DNA of 64,000 bases from a virus. A program made the position numbers and the translations under genes. The DNA is taken from IMG/VR virus record IMGVR_UViG_3300045988_120991, positions 1 to 64,000 of that record; one strand, written 5' to 3'. Of the stretch, positions 52,637 through 62,800 are shown in pieces. The notes under the pieces are model-generated. The model had not been told where the DNA came from and made no database searches. It saw nothing but the letters and a program-made list of their open reading frames with translations. Position 1 is the first letter of the stretch; every line of letters starts with the position of its first letter.

Positions 52637-53446
52637 ATGGCAACCTCTGGATATTTTGACGGTGCAAAATCTACATATGGATGGTATTTAAGGCTTGAAT
52701 ATAATGTAGTATCTTCAACATCTGTTAATTTGACGTTGAAGATTTATGATGGTACTGGTGAGTCACATAATAATAATGCAAATAGTTGCTATTATGTTAT
52801 TCAAGGTACGAAAACATACAAAACCTATAGCTATTCTTCAAAGGGCTGGTACACTTTAGGAAGTAAGACCGTTTCTGTTAGTACTTCTACTACGAACTTA
52901 GATATATCTGCTTCTTGGCATAGTGGATTTACGAGCCAATGGACCCCAGAATCACTAAGTGTTTCTGGTACAATTACTGTCAACTCTGCTCCTAAGACAA
53001 TATCAGTTACGAGTTTGAGCGACTGGTCGGGATATGAAAATACTTCAAAGACATTTAGTGTAACAGCTTCTGGAGGTACATCTTATACTTATCAGTGGTA
53101 TTTCAATGGAACAGCTATATCTAATGCAACTTCACGTACTTATACGAGGACCATTAAATATAGTGATGGTGAGGGGCAAATTTATTGCAAAGTTACTGAT
53201 ACTAGTGGTGCGGTGGCGATAACAAATAGAGCAACCCTATATGTTGGACTTGCTTCAAGCAAAAATAAAATTGAAGTTGAGCCAGTTAGTATGGTAGAAA
53301 TAAAAAATTCAAGTGGTTTCACAAAATATATTCCTTGGGTTTATAAAAATGGGACTTGGACTATTTATAGATGGAACGTTCTTGAAGGAACCACTACGGA
53401 AGCGGTTGCTGATTTAGCGGTTGCTGATATAGCTATAGCAACTTAA
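52637..53446 (+). CDS. tail-associated protein with Ig-like segment
   Basis: YTYQWYFNGTAISNATSRTYT...GQIYCKVTDTSG is an Ig-like pattern. Confidence 0.55.
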   Translation: MATSGYFDGAKSTYGWYLRLEYNVVSSTSVNLTLKIYDGTGESHNNNANSCYYVIQGTKTYKTYSYSSKGWYTLGSKTVSVSTSTTNLDISASWHSGFTSQWTPESLSVSGTITVNSAPKTISVTSLSDWSGYENTSKTFSVTASGGTSYTYQWYFNGTAISNATSRTYTRTIKYSDGEGQIYCKVTDTSGAVAITNRATLYVGLASSKNKIEVEPVSMVEIKNSSGFTKYIPWVYKNGTWTIYRWNVLEGTTTEAVADLAVADIAIAT

Positions 53447-53463
53447 AAGGAGGAGATGAATAA

Positions 53464-55860
53464 ATGGCTCTTTCAAAAAGAACTTATGTGGGCGGCACCA
53501 CAAAAATTACTGCCGCAAACTTAAATGATATACAAGATTCGATTATTGCTCTTGAAGATAAGGGTATTACAAAAGAAGAAGTTGTTGATGCATTGGAATA
53601 TACACCTGCAAAAGCTAGTGATATTCCAACTACTGATATTTCTGCTAATACGGCGGCGAGACATTCCCATAGCAATAAGGATGTTTTAGATAATATAACT
53701 GAAATCGCAAGTATTTCTGGTGGATCAGTTACTGGTGGTGTTAATGCGCTTGTTACAAAAGAGGTGCTAGATTCTACTAGTCAACTGATTATGGATGAGA
53801 TCCCATCCGAGTTGAAGAATCCGTATGCACTTACTTTTACCGGTGCATCCTCTGGAACGTATGATGGTTCAAGTGCGGTTACGATAAATATTCCAAGTGG
53901 TGACACTGGAGGAACAGCAGTTACTGTTGACTCGGACTTATCTTCCACATCAACGAATCCAGTCCAAAACAAAGTTATAAAGTCTGCGCTCGATGAGAAG
54001 CTGTCTACCTCTGGTGGTACTTTGACTGGTAACTTAACTGGTAAATATATAGCTGGTACTTGGCTTCAGACTACTGAGGCAACTGAGCTTTCGACGACTC
54101 CAACGAAGATTCCTGTTTTAGATTCTAAAGGATGGATTTACTATAGAACCTTGGAGCATTTTAAGAGTGACCTTGGAGCGAATTGTTTTATAAATGTTAA
54201 GGATTATGGGGCAACAGGTAATGGTACAACTGATGATACAGAAGCGATTCAATCAGCTCTTGATGCTTCAAACACCAAGGGGATCCCATATGTCCGCTTT
54301 CCATCTGGGACTTATAAAATTAGTGCCACATCTACTGATAATAATTTTTATACTGCACTAAATTTATATTCTGGACAACATCTTATTTTTGACCAAGTTA
54401 CTTTACAACTGACTGCTAACAGTTATGATTTTTATGCAATTATAAATATTCACAATATAAGTAATGTTGAATTATCTGGTAATTTGACAATTATTGGTGA
54501 CAGAGAATCTCATACTGGAACAACTGGAGAAAGTGGTCACGGTATCCGTATTGTCAATAGTAAGAATGTATATGTTCATGATATAAATGTACAACATACT
54601 TGGGGTGACGGCGTATGCGTAGGCGGCAACGGGACCATGGATGAGATTTCTAAAAATGTGACCATTGAACGTGTGCAAACATATAAGTGTAGTAGAAATG
54701 GATTATCTATTATTGAAGCACAAGACGTCGTTGTGCGAGATTGCGATTTTTCTTACACCGACCGCACAAATCCTCAATATGGCATTGATATAGAACCGAA
54801 TCTTGGGACTGCCACAAATATTCTGATTGAAAATGTTAGGATGCTGAATAATGGCGTTGGTTCTTTTACATTGTACGTCAAGAAAGCCACCATGCCAGGA
54901 ACTATTGCATTAAGAAATATTGAAACCGATAGTAAAACGAATATTTACACAAGCAGCGATTCCGGTGCGACGTTCGATGTGTCTGTTATTGGTTGGAAAC
55001 ATACTCAGAAATCAACAGTAACCTCATCAAACAGTCCTACGCTTCGTCTTAGCGGTACGGGTAATCTAAAAGTTGACCAATTAACAGTTGTAAACAATAG
55101 TTCAAGAACCGTAATATATCCATACAATGCGAAGAATATTTACATTACGGGTATTAAAGTTATTGACGATCCAAGTGTAAGTACTGCGGGTACTTTATCT
55201 ATTCAATCTTCAGCCGACGTTTCTATAGATAGCGTCATTATTGATGGATTTCTTAGTAGAAATCCTCATGAAGTAACGTGGCATTCAGGTAATAGTATTG
55301 TGGTAAATAATACTCAAGATACCAATGTGAACTTAAATAGCCATCTGACCACAGGCGGCAGTAACGAGAGTTACAAGTTACTGCTGTGCGATAAAACACT
55401 GGTGCTGGGTACTGCCCTCAGTGCAAAGGCTCGTGTATTCATACCGTATACCTATGGCAACGTGAACCCATTCCGAGTGGTGAATACCACGGCCACTGAG
55501 ATACAGCTATATACCACGGTGTCGGCAGGCATTACGTTTGTAGGCGACGTACCCGGCGGTAGTTCGGCCAACTCCGCCGCACTGACAGGAAACGCCAGCT
55601 ATGAGGTCACGCCCATGCTGGTCAACGGTCTGGTGTATGTACGGAAGCTAAATACCCGTGTGCCCGTCAAGACCTCCGAAATCACCAACGACAGCGGGTA
55701 CCAGACAGCAGCACAAGTGGAATCCACCGTGACAGGCAAGGGCTACCAGACGGTGGAACAGGTGGAATCAACAGTGACAGCTAAGGGCTACCAGACAGCA
55801 GCACAGGTCGGCGCCGCTATCACGGCGGCCATCGGCGCAGCAATGGAGGCGAGTTATTAA
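53464..55860 (+). CDS. tailspike with pectate-lyase-3-type beta-helix (putative polysaccharide depolymerase)
   Basis: INVKDYGATGNGTTDDTEAIQSALDAS...VRFPSGTYKIS signature. The N-terminal module is shared with the 51870 product. Confidence 0.7.
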   Translation: MALSKRTYVGGTTKITAANLNDIQDSIIALEDKGITKEEVVDALEYTPAKASDIPTTDISANTAARHSHSNKDVLDNITEIASISGGSVTGGVNALVTKEVLDSTSQLIMDEIPSELKNPYALTFTGASSGTYDGSSAVTINIPSGDTGGTAVTVDSDLSSTSTNPVQNKVIKSALDEKLSTSGGTLTGNLTGKYIAGTWLQTTEATELSTTPTKIPVLDSKGWIYYRTLEHFKSDLGANCFINVKDYGATGNGTTDDTEAIQSALDASNTKGIPYVRFPSGTYKISATSTDNNFYTALNLYSGQHLIFDQVTLQLTANSYDFYAIINIHNISNVELSGNLTIIGDRESHTGTTGESGHGIRIVNSKNVYVHDINVQHTWGDGVCVGGNGTMDEISKNVTIERVQTYKCSRNGLSIIEAQDVVVRDCDFSYTDRTNPQYGIDIEPNLGTATNILIENVRMLNNGVGSFTLYVKKATMPGTIALRNIETDSKTNIYTSSDSGATFDVSVIGWKHTQKSTVTSSNSPTLRLSGTGNLKVDQLTVVNNSSRTVIYPYNAKNIYITGIKVIDDPSVSTAGTLSIQSSADVSIDSVIIDGFLSRNPHEVTWHSGNSIVVNNTQDTNVNLNSHLTTGGSNESYKLLLCDKTLVLGTALSAKARVFIPYTYGNVNPFRVVNTTATEIQLYTTVSAGITFVGDVPGGSSANSAALTGNASYEVTPMLVNGLVYVRKLNTRVPVKTSEITNDSGYQTAAQVESTVTGKGYQTVEQVESTVTAKGYQTAAQVGAAITAAIGAAMEASY
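55696..55830 (+). repeat. 3 x 45-bp tandem coding repeat (GYQTAAQVESTVTGK)
   Basis: Units at 55696-55740, 55741-55785 and 55786-55830, inside the GC-rich 3' end of the tailspike gene. Confidence 0.8.
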
Positions 55861-56471
55861 TGGGAAAGTATAGCACACTAAGTGAGTTGTTTGCAGCGAT
55901 TGCTGATGCCATTAGAACCAAAACTGGTGGAGGGGCGGCTATTGTTGCCGAAAATTTTCCTACTGAGATTAAGAACATACCAACAGGAGGAGGCGTCAAT
56001 CCTTCTGATGCTACGGCAACTGCAAATGATATTCTGGCTGGTATGACAGCGTATACTGCTGAAGGAAAAACAACAGGCACATTACAAATAAGGATTGGCT
56101 CAATAGAATTAACTAAAGCCGTTACATCCTCTTCATATGTTACCATTTCTCATGATTTGGGAATAGTGCCAAGTATAATTCTTGCATATGTTGAGAATGA
56201 TCCTACTTTTGATTCAACTACCACATATAATATTGTAAGTGGATATGCAATCAATTTTCCCACCGGCCTTATTCCTGGAGTGGGAGCAAGTAAGTCAGCC
56301 GCGAATTGTATCAATAGTCAGGGTGGAGGGGCAGGCGACACTACCTCTAACAGTTCTACCGTTTGTATTTGTGACAAAATTACTGCTACTACATTTCGAC
56401 TCAGAGCAAGTGGTTCATCTAGATGCTGGTCTTCTGATGCGATTGTGAAGTACGTAGTTATGGCATTATAA
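55860..56471 (+). CDS. tail-associated protein (203 aa)
   Basis: TAATG overlap with the tailspike gene. GGAGG upstream. Confidence 0.7.
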   Translation: MGKYSTLSELFAAIADAIRTKTGGGAAIVAENFPTEIKNIPTGGGVNPSDATATANDILAGMTAYTAEGKTTGTLQIRIGSIELTKAVTSSSYVTISHDLGIVPSIILAYVENDPTFDSTTTYNIVSGYAINFPTGLIPGVGASKSAANCINSQGGGAGDTTSNSSTVCICDKITATTFRLRASGSSRCWSSDAIVKYVVMAL

Positions 56472-56549
56472 TCAAATGAATAGAAAAATTTTTGTAGATT
56501 CATTTCTACGGAGTTTTAGATTAAAATAATAAAAAGGAGAGTGTTTTTT

Positions 56550-57560
56550 ATGGCAAAAGTTTTTTTATCACCAAGTGAGCAGTTTAACAATGCTTATGCA
56601 TGGGGCAATACTACCGAAGGAGTACAATGTGGCAAGATTGCCAATGTTTGTAAGTCTGCACTTGAGCGTTGTGGCATCTCTGTAAAGCTACAACATGAAG
56701 GTACGATGGCTAGTAAGTGTCAAGCTTCTGATGCTTTTGGTGCAGATTTACATGTTTGTATTCATACCAATGCTTGCAATGGCAAGGTGAGTGGCACTCG
56801 TATGTTCTGCCATGACGCAAGCGGTAAAGGTATGAAGGCTTGCAAGGCTATTTTTAGTGTACTTGCACCTTTGACTCCTGGCAAGAGTGAGAATATTTCG
56901 ATTAATCCACAGCTATATGAAATTCGTGTGCCAAATGCTCCTACTGCTTATATTGAGTGTGAGTTCCATGATGTGCCTAGCGTAGCAAAATGGATTGTGG
57001 AACATACTACTGATATTGGCGAGGCTATTGCTCATGGTATTTGTAATTATTTTGGTGTGGCTTATAAAATAAATAGCAGTTCTGATTCTGCTCCTAAGCC
57101 AACACCTACTCCTGCTCCTTCAAAGAAGGAGCTATATCGTGTACGTAAGAGCTGGGCGGATGCTTCTTCTCAGATTGGGGCATTTGCAGTACTTGATAAC
57201 GCTATTCGCGCTTGCAAGGAAGGCTATAAGGTATTTGATAACAAGGGTAACGTTGTATATCCAAAGGCTGCTCCTGCAAAGAAGTCAGTTGCTGTGATTG
57301 CTCAGGAAGTCATTGAAGGTAAGTGGGGCAATGGTCAGGATAGAAAGAACAGACTAACCGCTGCTGGATACAATTACGATGAGGTACAGAATTATGTGAA
57401 CAAGCTATTGTCTGCTCCTGCAAAAAAGAGCATTGATGAGGTCGCAAGAGAAGTTATTGCCGGTAAATGGGGTAATGGTGCAGACCGTAAAAATAGACTA
57501 GTTGCTGCGGGCTATGATTATGACGCAGTACAAAAGAGAGTAAATGAAATCCTCTCATAA
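56550..57560 (+). CDS. endolysin: N-acetylmuramoyl-L-alanine amidase (Amidase_3-like) plus two Cpl-7 (CW_7) repeats
   Basis: FLSPSEQFNN...CIHTNA...YIECEFHD. Two copies of GKWGNG.DRKNRL.AAGY.YD.VQ..VN. Start ATG at 56550. Confidence 0.85.
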   Translation: MAKVFLSPSEQFNNAYAWGNTTEGVQCGKIANVCKSALERCGISVKLQHEGTMASKCQASDAFGADLHVCIHTNACNGKVSGTRMFCHDASGKGMKACKAIFSVLAPLTPGKSENISINPQLYEIRVPNAPTAYIECEFHDVPSVAKWIVEHTTDIGEAIAHGICNYFGVAYKINSSSDSAPKPTPTPAPSKKELYRVRKSWADASSQIGAFAVLDNAIRACKEGYKVFDNKGNVVYPKAAPAKKSVAVIAQEVIEGKWGNGQDRKNRLTAAGYNYDEVQNYVNKLLSAPAKKSIDEVAREVIAGKWGNGADRKNRLVAAGYDYDAVQKRVNEILS

Positions 57561-57804
57561 AATGGAGTTCTCAAAGAAAATATTGATAGTTGCCGCAGTA
57601 ATTAATATTGTGGTAATTATCTTTTCTTGTTACATGATGTGGAAGACATGCGACCTGTCTCCACTGGCATATTTGCTACCATCAGTCGGTGCCGAAGTTT
57701 CAGTAGGCACCGGCTTTTATTATGCAAAAGCCAAAGTAGAGAACAAGATTAAACTAATGAAGGAATATGGCGTAGAGCCAAATGATACGAACTTTACGGA
57801 ATAA
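57544..57804 (+). CDS. putative holin (two TM segments)
   Basis: ILIVAAVINIVVIIFSCYMMW and LAYLLPSVGAEVSVGTGFYYA. Overlaps the endolysin 3' end. The start could be 57562. Confidence 0.6.
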   Translation: MKSSHKMEFSKKILIVAAVINIVVIIFSCYMMWKTCDLSPLAYLLPSVGAEVSVGTGFYYAKAKVENKIKLMKEYGVEPNDTNFTE

Positions 57805-57816
57805 GGAGGAATAATT

Positions 57817-58149
57817 ATGGAAAAGTGGGTTGAACTTATTGTTGCTATTTTAAGTGGTCTTGCTGCTTGCATTCCACTAGTTGTACAGTTGGTAAAGTAT
57901 TGCCAGAAGGCTGTGAAAGAAAAGAACTGGAATCAGCTTTTGAAGTTGGTTATGAACCTAATGGAAGAGGCCGAAACCAAGTTTGAGACTGGAGCCGATA
58001 GAAAAGAATGGGTCATGATGATGATTAAGGCTAGTGCAGACACAATTAACTATGAGATTGATATGGACGAGATTTCTAAGTTGATTGATTCTCTGTGTAG
58101 CATGACCAAGATTGTAAACGGAAATACAGAAGAAACCGCACAAGAATAA
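57817..58149 (+). CDS. holin-like protein (LL-H-type: one N-terminal TM plus helical domain)
   Basis: WVELIVAILSGLAACIPLVVQLV followed by GADRKEWVMMMIKASAD. Pattern recalled from LL-H family holins. Confidence 0.55.
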   Translation: MEKWVELIVAILSGLAACIPLVVQLVKYCQKAVKEKNWNQLLKLVMNLMEEAETKFETGADRKEWVMMMIKASADTINYEIDMDEISKLIDSLCSMTKIVNGNTEETAQE

Positions 58150-58154
58150 TGATT

Positions 58155-58180
58155 AAGGGGAGCTTATGCTCCCCTTTTTT
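58155..58180 (+). terminator. rho-independent terminator
   Basis: GGGGAGC-TTAT-GCTCCCC followed by TTTTTT. Confidence 0.85.
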
Positions 58181-58203
58181 AAAAGGATAAAAGGAGAAAG
58201 ATT

Positions 58204-58698
58204 ATGAGGATATTAAGTTTTGACCAGTCAACACGCATTACTGGCTGGTGTTGGTTTGATAAAAATAAATATGTTGATAGCGGCGTTATTGACCTTCATA
58301 AAATTACGGATACAAGTGAAAGGTCAAAGGCAATGGGTTTAGAAATATGTAAATTAATTGAAAGTTTTATGCCAGATTTAGTTGTAATAGAAGAAGTACA
58401 ACAGCAATCAAATGTGGATACAGTAAAAAAATTGGCGCGAATTCAAGGCATGGCTATAGGTTTTGCAACTGCTCACAAGATAGATGTGAAGATTTTGGAG
58501 CCTTCTAAATGGCGTTCAAAACTTGGTTACAAACAAGGTAGGGGTGTTGAGCGTAAAGAACTCAAGAAGCAAAGTATTGATTTCGTGAAGAAAAAATTTG
58601 GGTTCGAGTATTCAGAAGATAGATGCGAAGCTATTTGCATTAATGTGGCTATGCAAAGAATTTTAGGTATATCAAAAGATATTGACATTGAAAACTAA
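58204..58698 (+). CDS. RuvC-like Holliday junction resolvase
   Basis: MRILSFDQSTRITGW (first acidic motif) and LVVIEEVQ (second), 164 aa. Typical of the phage RuvC fold. Confidence 0.6.
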   Translation: MRILSFDQSTRITGWCWFDKNKYVDSGVIDLHKITDTSERSKAMGLEICKLIESFMPDLVVIEEVQQQSNVDTVKKLARIQGMAIGFATAHKIDVKILEPSKWRSKLGYKQGRGVERKELKKQSIDFVKKKFGFEYSEDRCEAICINVAMQRILGISKDIDIEN

Positions 58699-58746
58699 CG
58701 ACTAAGGTCGGTTTATATAAAATTTATTTACATGGAGGAGTTATTT

Positions 58747-59304
58747 ATGAAGATTAATGAATTTTTAGATGTAGTTAATGCTAACAAGGCAAAATTGTAC
58801 AACAAAGCAAACAAAAATGCTTTGTCTGATTTTATTAAACAAACATTGAATGTAAAAGAATATTTACCAATTATAGATAAGCAGCATCTTGCCAAAAGAG
58901 TTATTGATGTTTGCACATTTGAAGAGAATGGAGTAATCAAGGTTGATTCATTCCAGAAGTATTTCTTATTTACCATTAATGTGCTACAGATGTATACGGA
59001 TTTAGAGTTTGATGTAGAGGGAGATATTTATGGTGAATATGATGAACTTTGTGCATGTGGTTTGTTAGATGAAATTCTTGGAACATTTAACGAGGATTAT
59101 GAACGTGCAAATACGGTGTTAAATATGCTTTATGCAGACATGATTGAAAACAATAACAGTGTTGCAAATCTTATAGGAAGCGCAATGAGTAGTGTGTCTG
59201 CTAGTGTAGATAGTTTAATTCATAGTCTTTCTGAAAAAATTTCAGAAATGAATACTGATATTAGCAATGAAGACATTGTTAAACTACAAAATTTCCTGAA
59301 GTGA
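58747..59304 (+). CDS. hypothetical protein (185 aa)
   Basis: Trimmed to the ATG at 58747. GGAGG lies 7 nt upstream. Confidence 0.7.
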   Translation: MKINEFLDVVNANKAKLYNKANKNALSDFIKQTLNVKEYLPIIDKQHLAKRVIDVCTFEENGVIKVDSFQKYFLFTINVLQMYTDLEFDVEGDIYGEYDELCACGLLDEILGTFNEDYERANTVLNMLYADMIENNNSVANLIGSAMSSVSASVDSLIHSLSEKISEMNTDISNEDIVKLQNFLK

Positions 59305-59315
59305 GGTGATTGTGT

Positions 59316-59810
59316 ATGGATGCAGCTATAAAGAAACTCATCGACCAAATGCGAAAAGATACTCAGGAAAATATTCGTAGGATTATGAGAGAAGCAGCAC
59401 GACAAGCCAGAGGAGATTTTGAAAGAGAAGCAAAACATCACATTGATAAATATTATTCTGAATGTGACCCATGGCCAGATTACAAAAGAACGTACACGCT
59501 TCGTGATTATGGTTACAGTCCATACACATTATGGAACAAAAATAAAGTGCAGGCGGGAGTACGTTTTACCGATAGAGATGCAGATTTCTCGTCTAGATAT
59601 GGAAGAGATATTAGCCCTGATGATGGTTGGAGAACTGGAATTGGTGGAATTGTTATGAGTAATTTTATGATTGGTTCACATGGACGACCAGAATTAAGTG
59701 GAACTGTTAAGGGAGACCCTATTGGAGAAAGAATGGAAGATTTTGAAAGATTGTATGCATATAAAATGGATGCATATTTTACTTCACAGGGTCTTACTAG
59801 AATAATTTGA
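59316..59810 (+). CDS. hypothetical protein (164 aa)
   Basis: Trimmed to the ATG at 59316. GAGGTGA upstream. Confidence 0.7.
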   Translation: MDAAIKKLIDQMRKDTQENIRRIMREAARQARGDFEREAKHHIDKYYSECDPWPDYKRTYTLRDYGYSPYTLWNKNKVQAGVRFTDRDADFSSRYGRDISPDDGWRTGIGGIVMSNFMIGSHGRPELSGTVKGDPIGERMEDFERLYAYKMDAYFTSQGLTRII

Positions 59811-59821
59811 GGTGATATATT

Positions 59822-62800
59822 ATGGGTAAAAGAGGTCCCAGCGCACAGTATGCATATGGAATTACCATTGAAGCTGGTAATTATAATGAAGTAATAAATG
59901 GTTTTGAAAAAAGATTAAAGGATTTAGATAAAGTTACAAAAACTACTACTGCAACTTTTGCGGCTTTAAGCGAAGCAATGAAGTCTGGTAAGCGGGTTGA
60001 TTTTAGTAAGGCAGAAGGTCAGCTTACAGGTCTTGTTGCAGAAATGGAAGAAGTTGCTAAGTGGAGAGAACAATTGGCTGGTGGTCAGAAGCTTAGTGAT
60101 ATGTTTGATGGACTTGAACAAGTTAAGCAGAGCTTGGGTCAAGTTACAGGTCAACTTGACAAGTTTGGAGATAATATTGAAGAAATTTTTAGTATCTTGC
60201 AAAGTGTTCCTCAGAATACATCTAAAACATTTGTTGATATTAGAAAGGTTCTAAGCCAAACAGCTTCTGATATGAATAAAATTATAGCAGAACTTAATAA
60301 CCCTACTGAAAAAACTGATGTTTCTGGTTTAAAGAATCAGTTATCTAGTCTTGCTACGGATTTTGTTAATGAATGGAATAAGGCAGCCGCACAAGGTATT
60401 AAGATGGATCAGGTGGTTGATTTTAAACCTTTTGCAAATATAATAAAAACGGCTATAAATGGTGCAAGAAGCCTTGGCACCGAGTTTAATGATGTTTCAG
60501 CGTCTGTAACAGAAGCTACGAAAAATGTTGTTGCATTATATAATGTGAAGCATCCAACTGGTATGTTTAAAGATTTGGCGTCTGGCATATCCAATGTTGG
60601 AACGCAATCTAAAAAGACAGAACAGACCGTTGTTAAATTTAGTTCTGCGTTTAAGGCTGCAATTAGTATTGTTGACAAGTTTAGTAAGTCTGATATGGGT
60701 CTTTCCAAGAAGAACAAGGAAATGGACGAATTCTTGGCAAAACTTAAGAATCCAGAGATTACTATTGATTTAAAAAATAAAGAGGTAGAAGAAGAGTTTT
60801 ATAAATTAGCAGATATATATGACGATATTGTTGGTGCTAATAATATTACTCCAGAATTTTTAAAGAATTTGCCGATTGACAAACTCAAAGAGCTTGGATC
60901 AACATTGCAAAATATAATTGCTATGGGGAAAGAGTTTCCAGAGTTTATTAATACCGATGAGGATAATGAGGTATCAATACTAGATGCATATGGATCCGAT
61001 TTAAAGAAAGTAATTGAGGGAATCAAAGCACTATTAGATGAAGCGAATGCTCAAATAGCGGAATCTGTAAAAACGCTTAAGAGCCAACTTGAAGCACTTG
61101 GCTTAAAAGATATTGAACTTGATGTAAAGCTGGTTGATTTAACTGGCGATAAGGTTCAAGAATATGTAAATCAATTAAATCAGTTTGTTGATGATTTAAC
61201 AGGTCAACTTAAAAATAAGGGAGCTATAGAATTACCAGTAAACATTCAGATGCCCGGCATAACTCCTGATAACGCGGATTCTAAAAAGGCAAAAGATGTT
61301 ATTAGTGCCGCGATGGACGAGTACAGTGAAATTGCAAAGGATGCTAGCAAAGAAGCTACAAAAAATGCAAAAGGTAAAGCTATGTCCAAAATTATTAGTG
61401 GTGCATTTGGCTCAAATGAGAACTTGGACTTATATTTAAGTTATATTAAACAGCAGTTTAGTAAGATCAGAGAAACTGTTAGACAACAAAAAAAAGAAAT
61501 TCAAGATATGCTCTCTTTGGATTTCACTTGGAATAAAGGAGAAGCTAGTAATAGTTTTTCAAATCTTTTTGTTGAACTACAGGATTATTTTGCAGACCCT
61601 GAAAATGCAATAAAAGTTGAAATTGATAGTACTTATTTAAAAGATGGTATTAAAAACGCATTTAAAGATGCTGGGGGAATTGATTTAAAACTACCTTCTA
61701 GCGGTACTCCTATGGATCAATCTCAACTTGCTGCTGCTATAATTTCTGCATTTAGAGGAACTTTACCTACTGGTAGACAATCTTCTACACCAGTAACAAA
61801 ACAAACGACAACTTCTTCTAGCGCGTCTCCAGTAACAGAAGCAGACGTAAAGGATAGATTTGTATTTAACATAAAAGAGTTTATGTCTAAATATAGTGGA
61901 GAATTATCCGAGGGACTAAATCAAACATTAGAAAATATTGTTAATTCTGTAAGAGACGTTGCAAAAACTGCTAATGGCAGTAAAGTAAATCAAGAAGTTC
62001 GTGCAAAAATTCAAGCTGCGTTTGGTTCACTTGATTTATCTAAAGTTGCAGAAATGACAAACGAAGAAATTATTTCGTGGGTTCAAAATGCATTACTAAA
62101 GGCAGACGAATCTGGAAGAGCTATTGGTGCAGATTTACCAAAAGCTTTAGATAATACAAAGGTTTCTTGGAAGAGCGTATCTAATTTTACCAACGCTTTA
62201 AATCAACTCTTTATAAAAATAGAGAATGAAACAAGAGATGTAGAACAGGCCGCTAATGAAAGAAATAAAGTTGCTATTCTAAAAGATTTTGGTTATAGAG
62301 CAAGGGCAATTGATTCGAAGAGTGCCGTTGTAAGAAAGCTAGGTAAGGGTGAAGTAGATACAGACTTCTTAAAATCGCAAATGGAGAGGCTACAAAGTGT
62401 AAAGGCTTATAAAGATAGTCTCGGAGAAGAAGGTAGTAAAATAGTCAAGTGGTTAGATAGTGCAATTGCAATATATCAAAAATTAATAAATATAAGTAAT
62501 GGCACAACCACATTTAATACGGAAGCAGAAAAGCAAGAAGAAATTACGAAGCTTAGAGATGAGCTTTCTAAAATTAGAGTGTCTGACGATAAGAGTCTAA
62601 TAGAAACTCTTTCTGGTGAGATAACTGTATCTAAGAAGTATAAAAATGGAACAAAAAGTAGAGGTCAAAGAAAAGGGTTCACTGGAAGTTCTAGAAGTTT
62701 AGAAAAGGCTCTGTCTCTTATTGAAAAGACCGGTGACGACGGTGTAATCACTATAAAATTCACCTCGGGTCCAAATGATAAGGCATTTAAAGAATGGATA

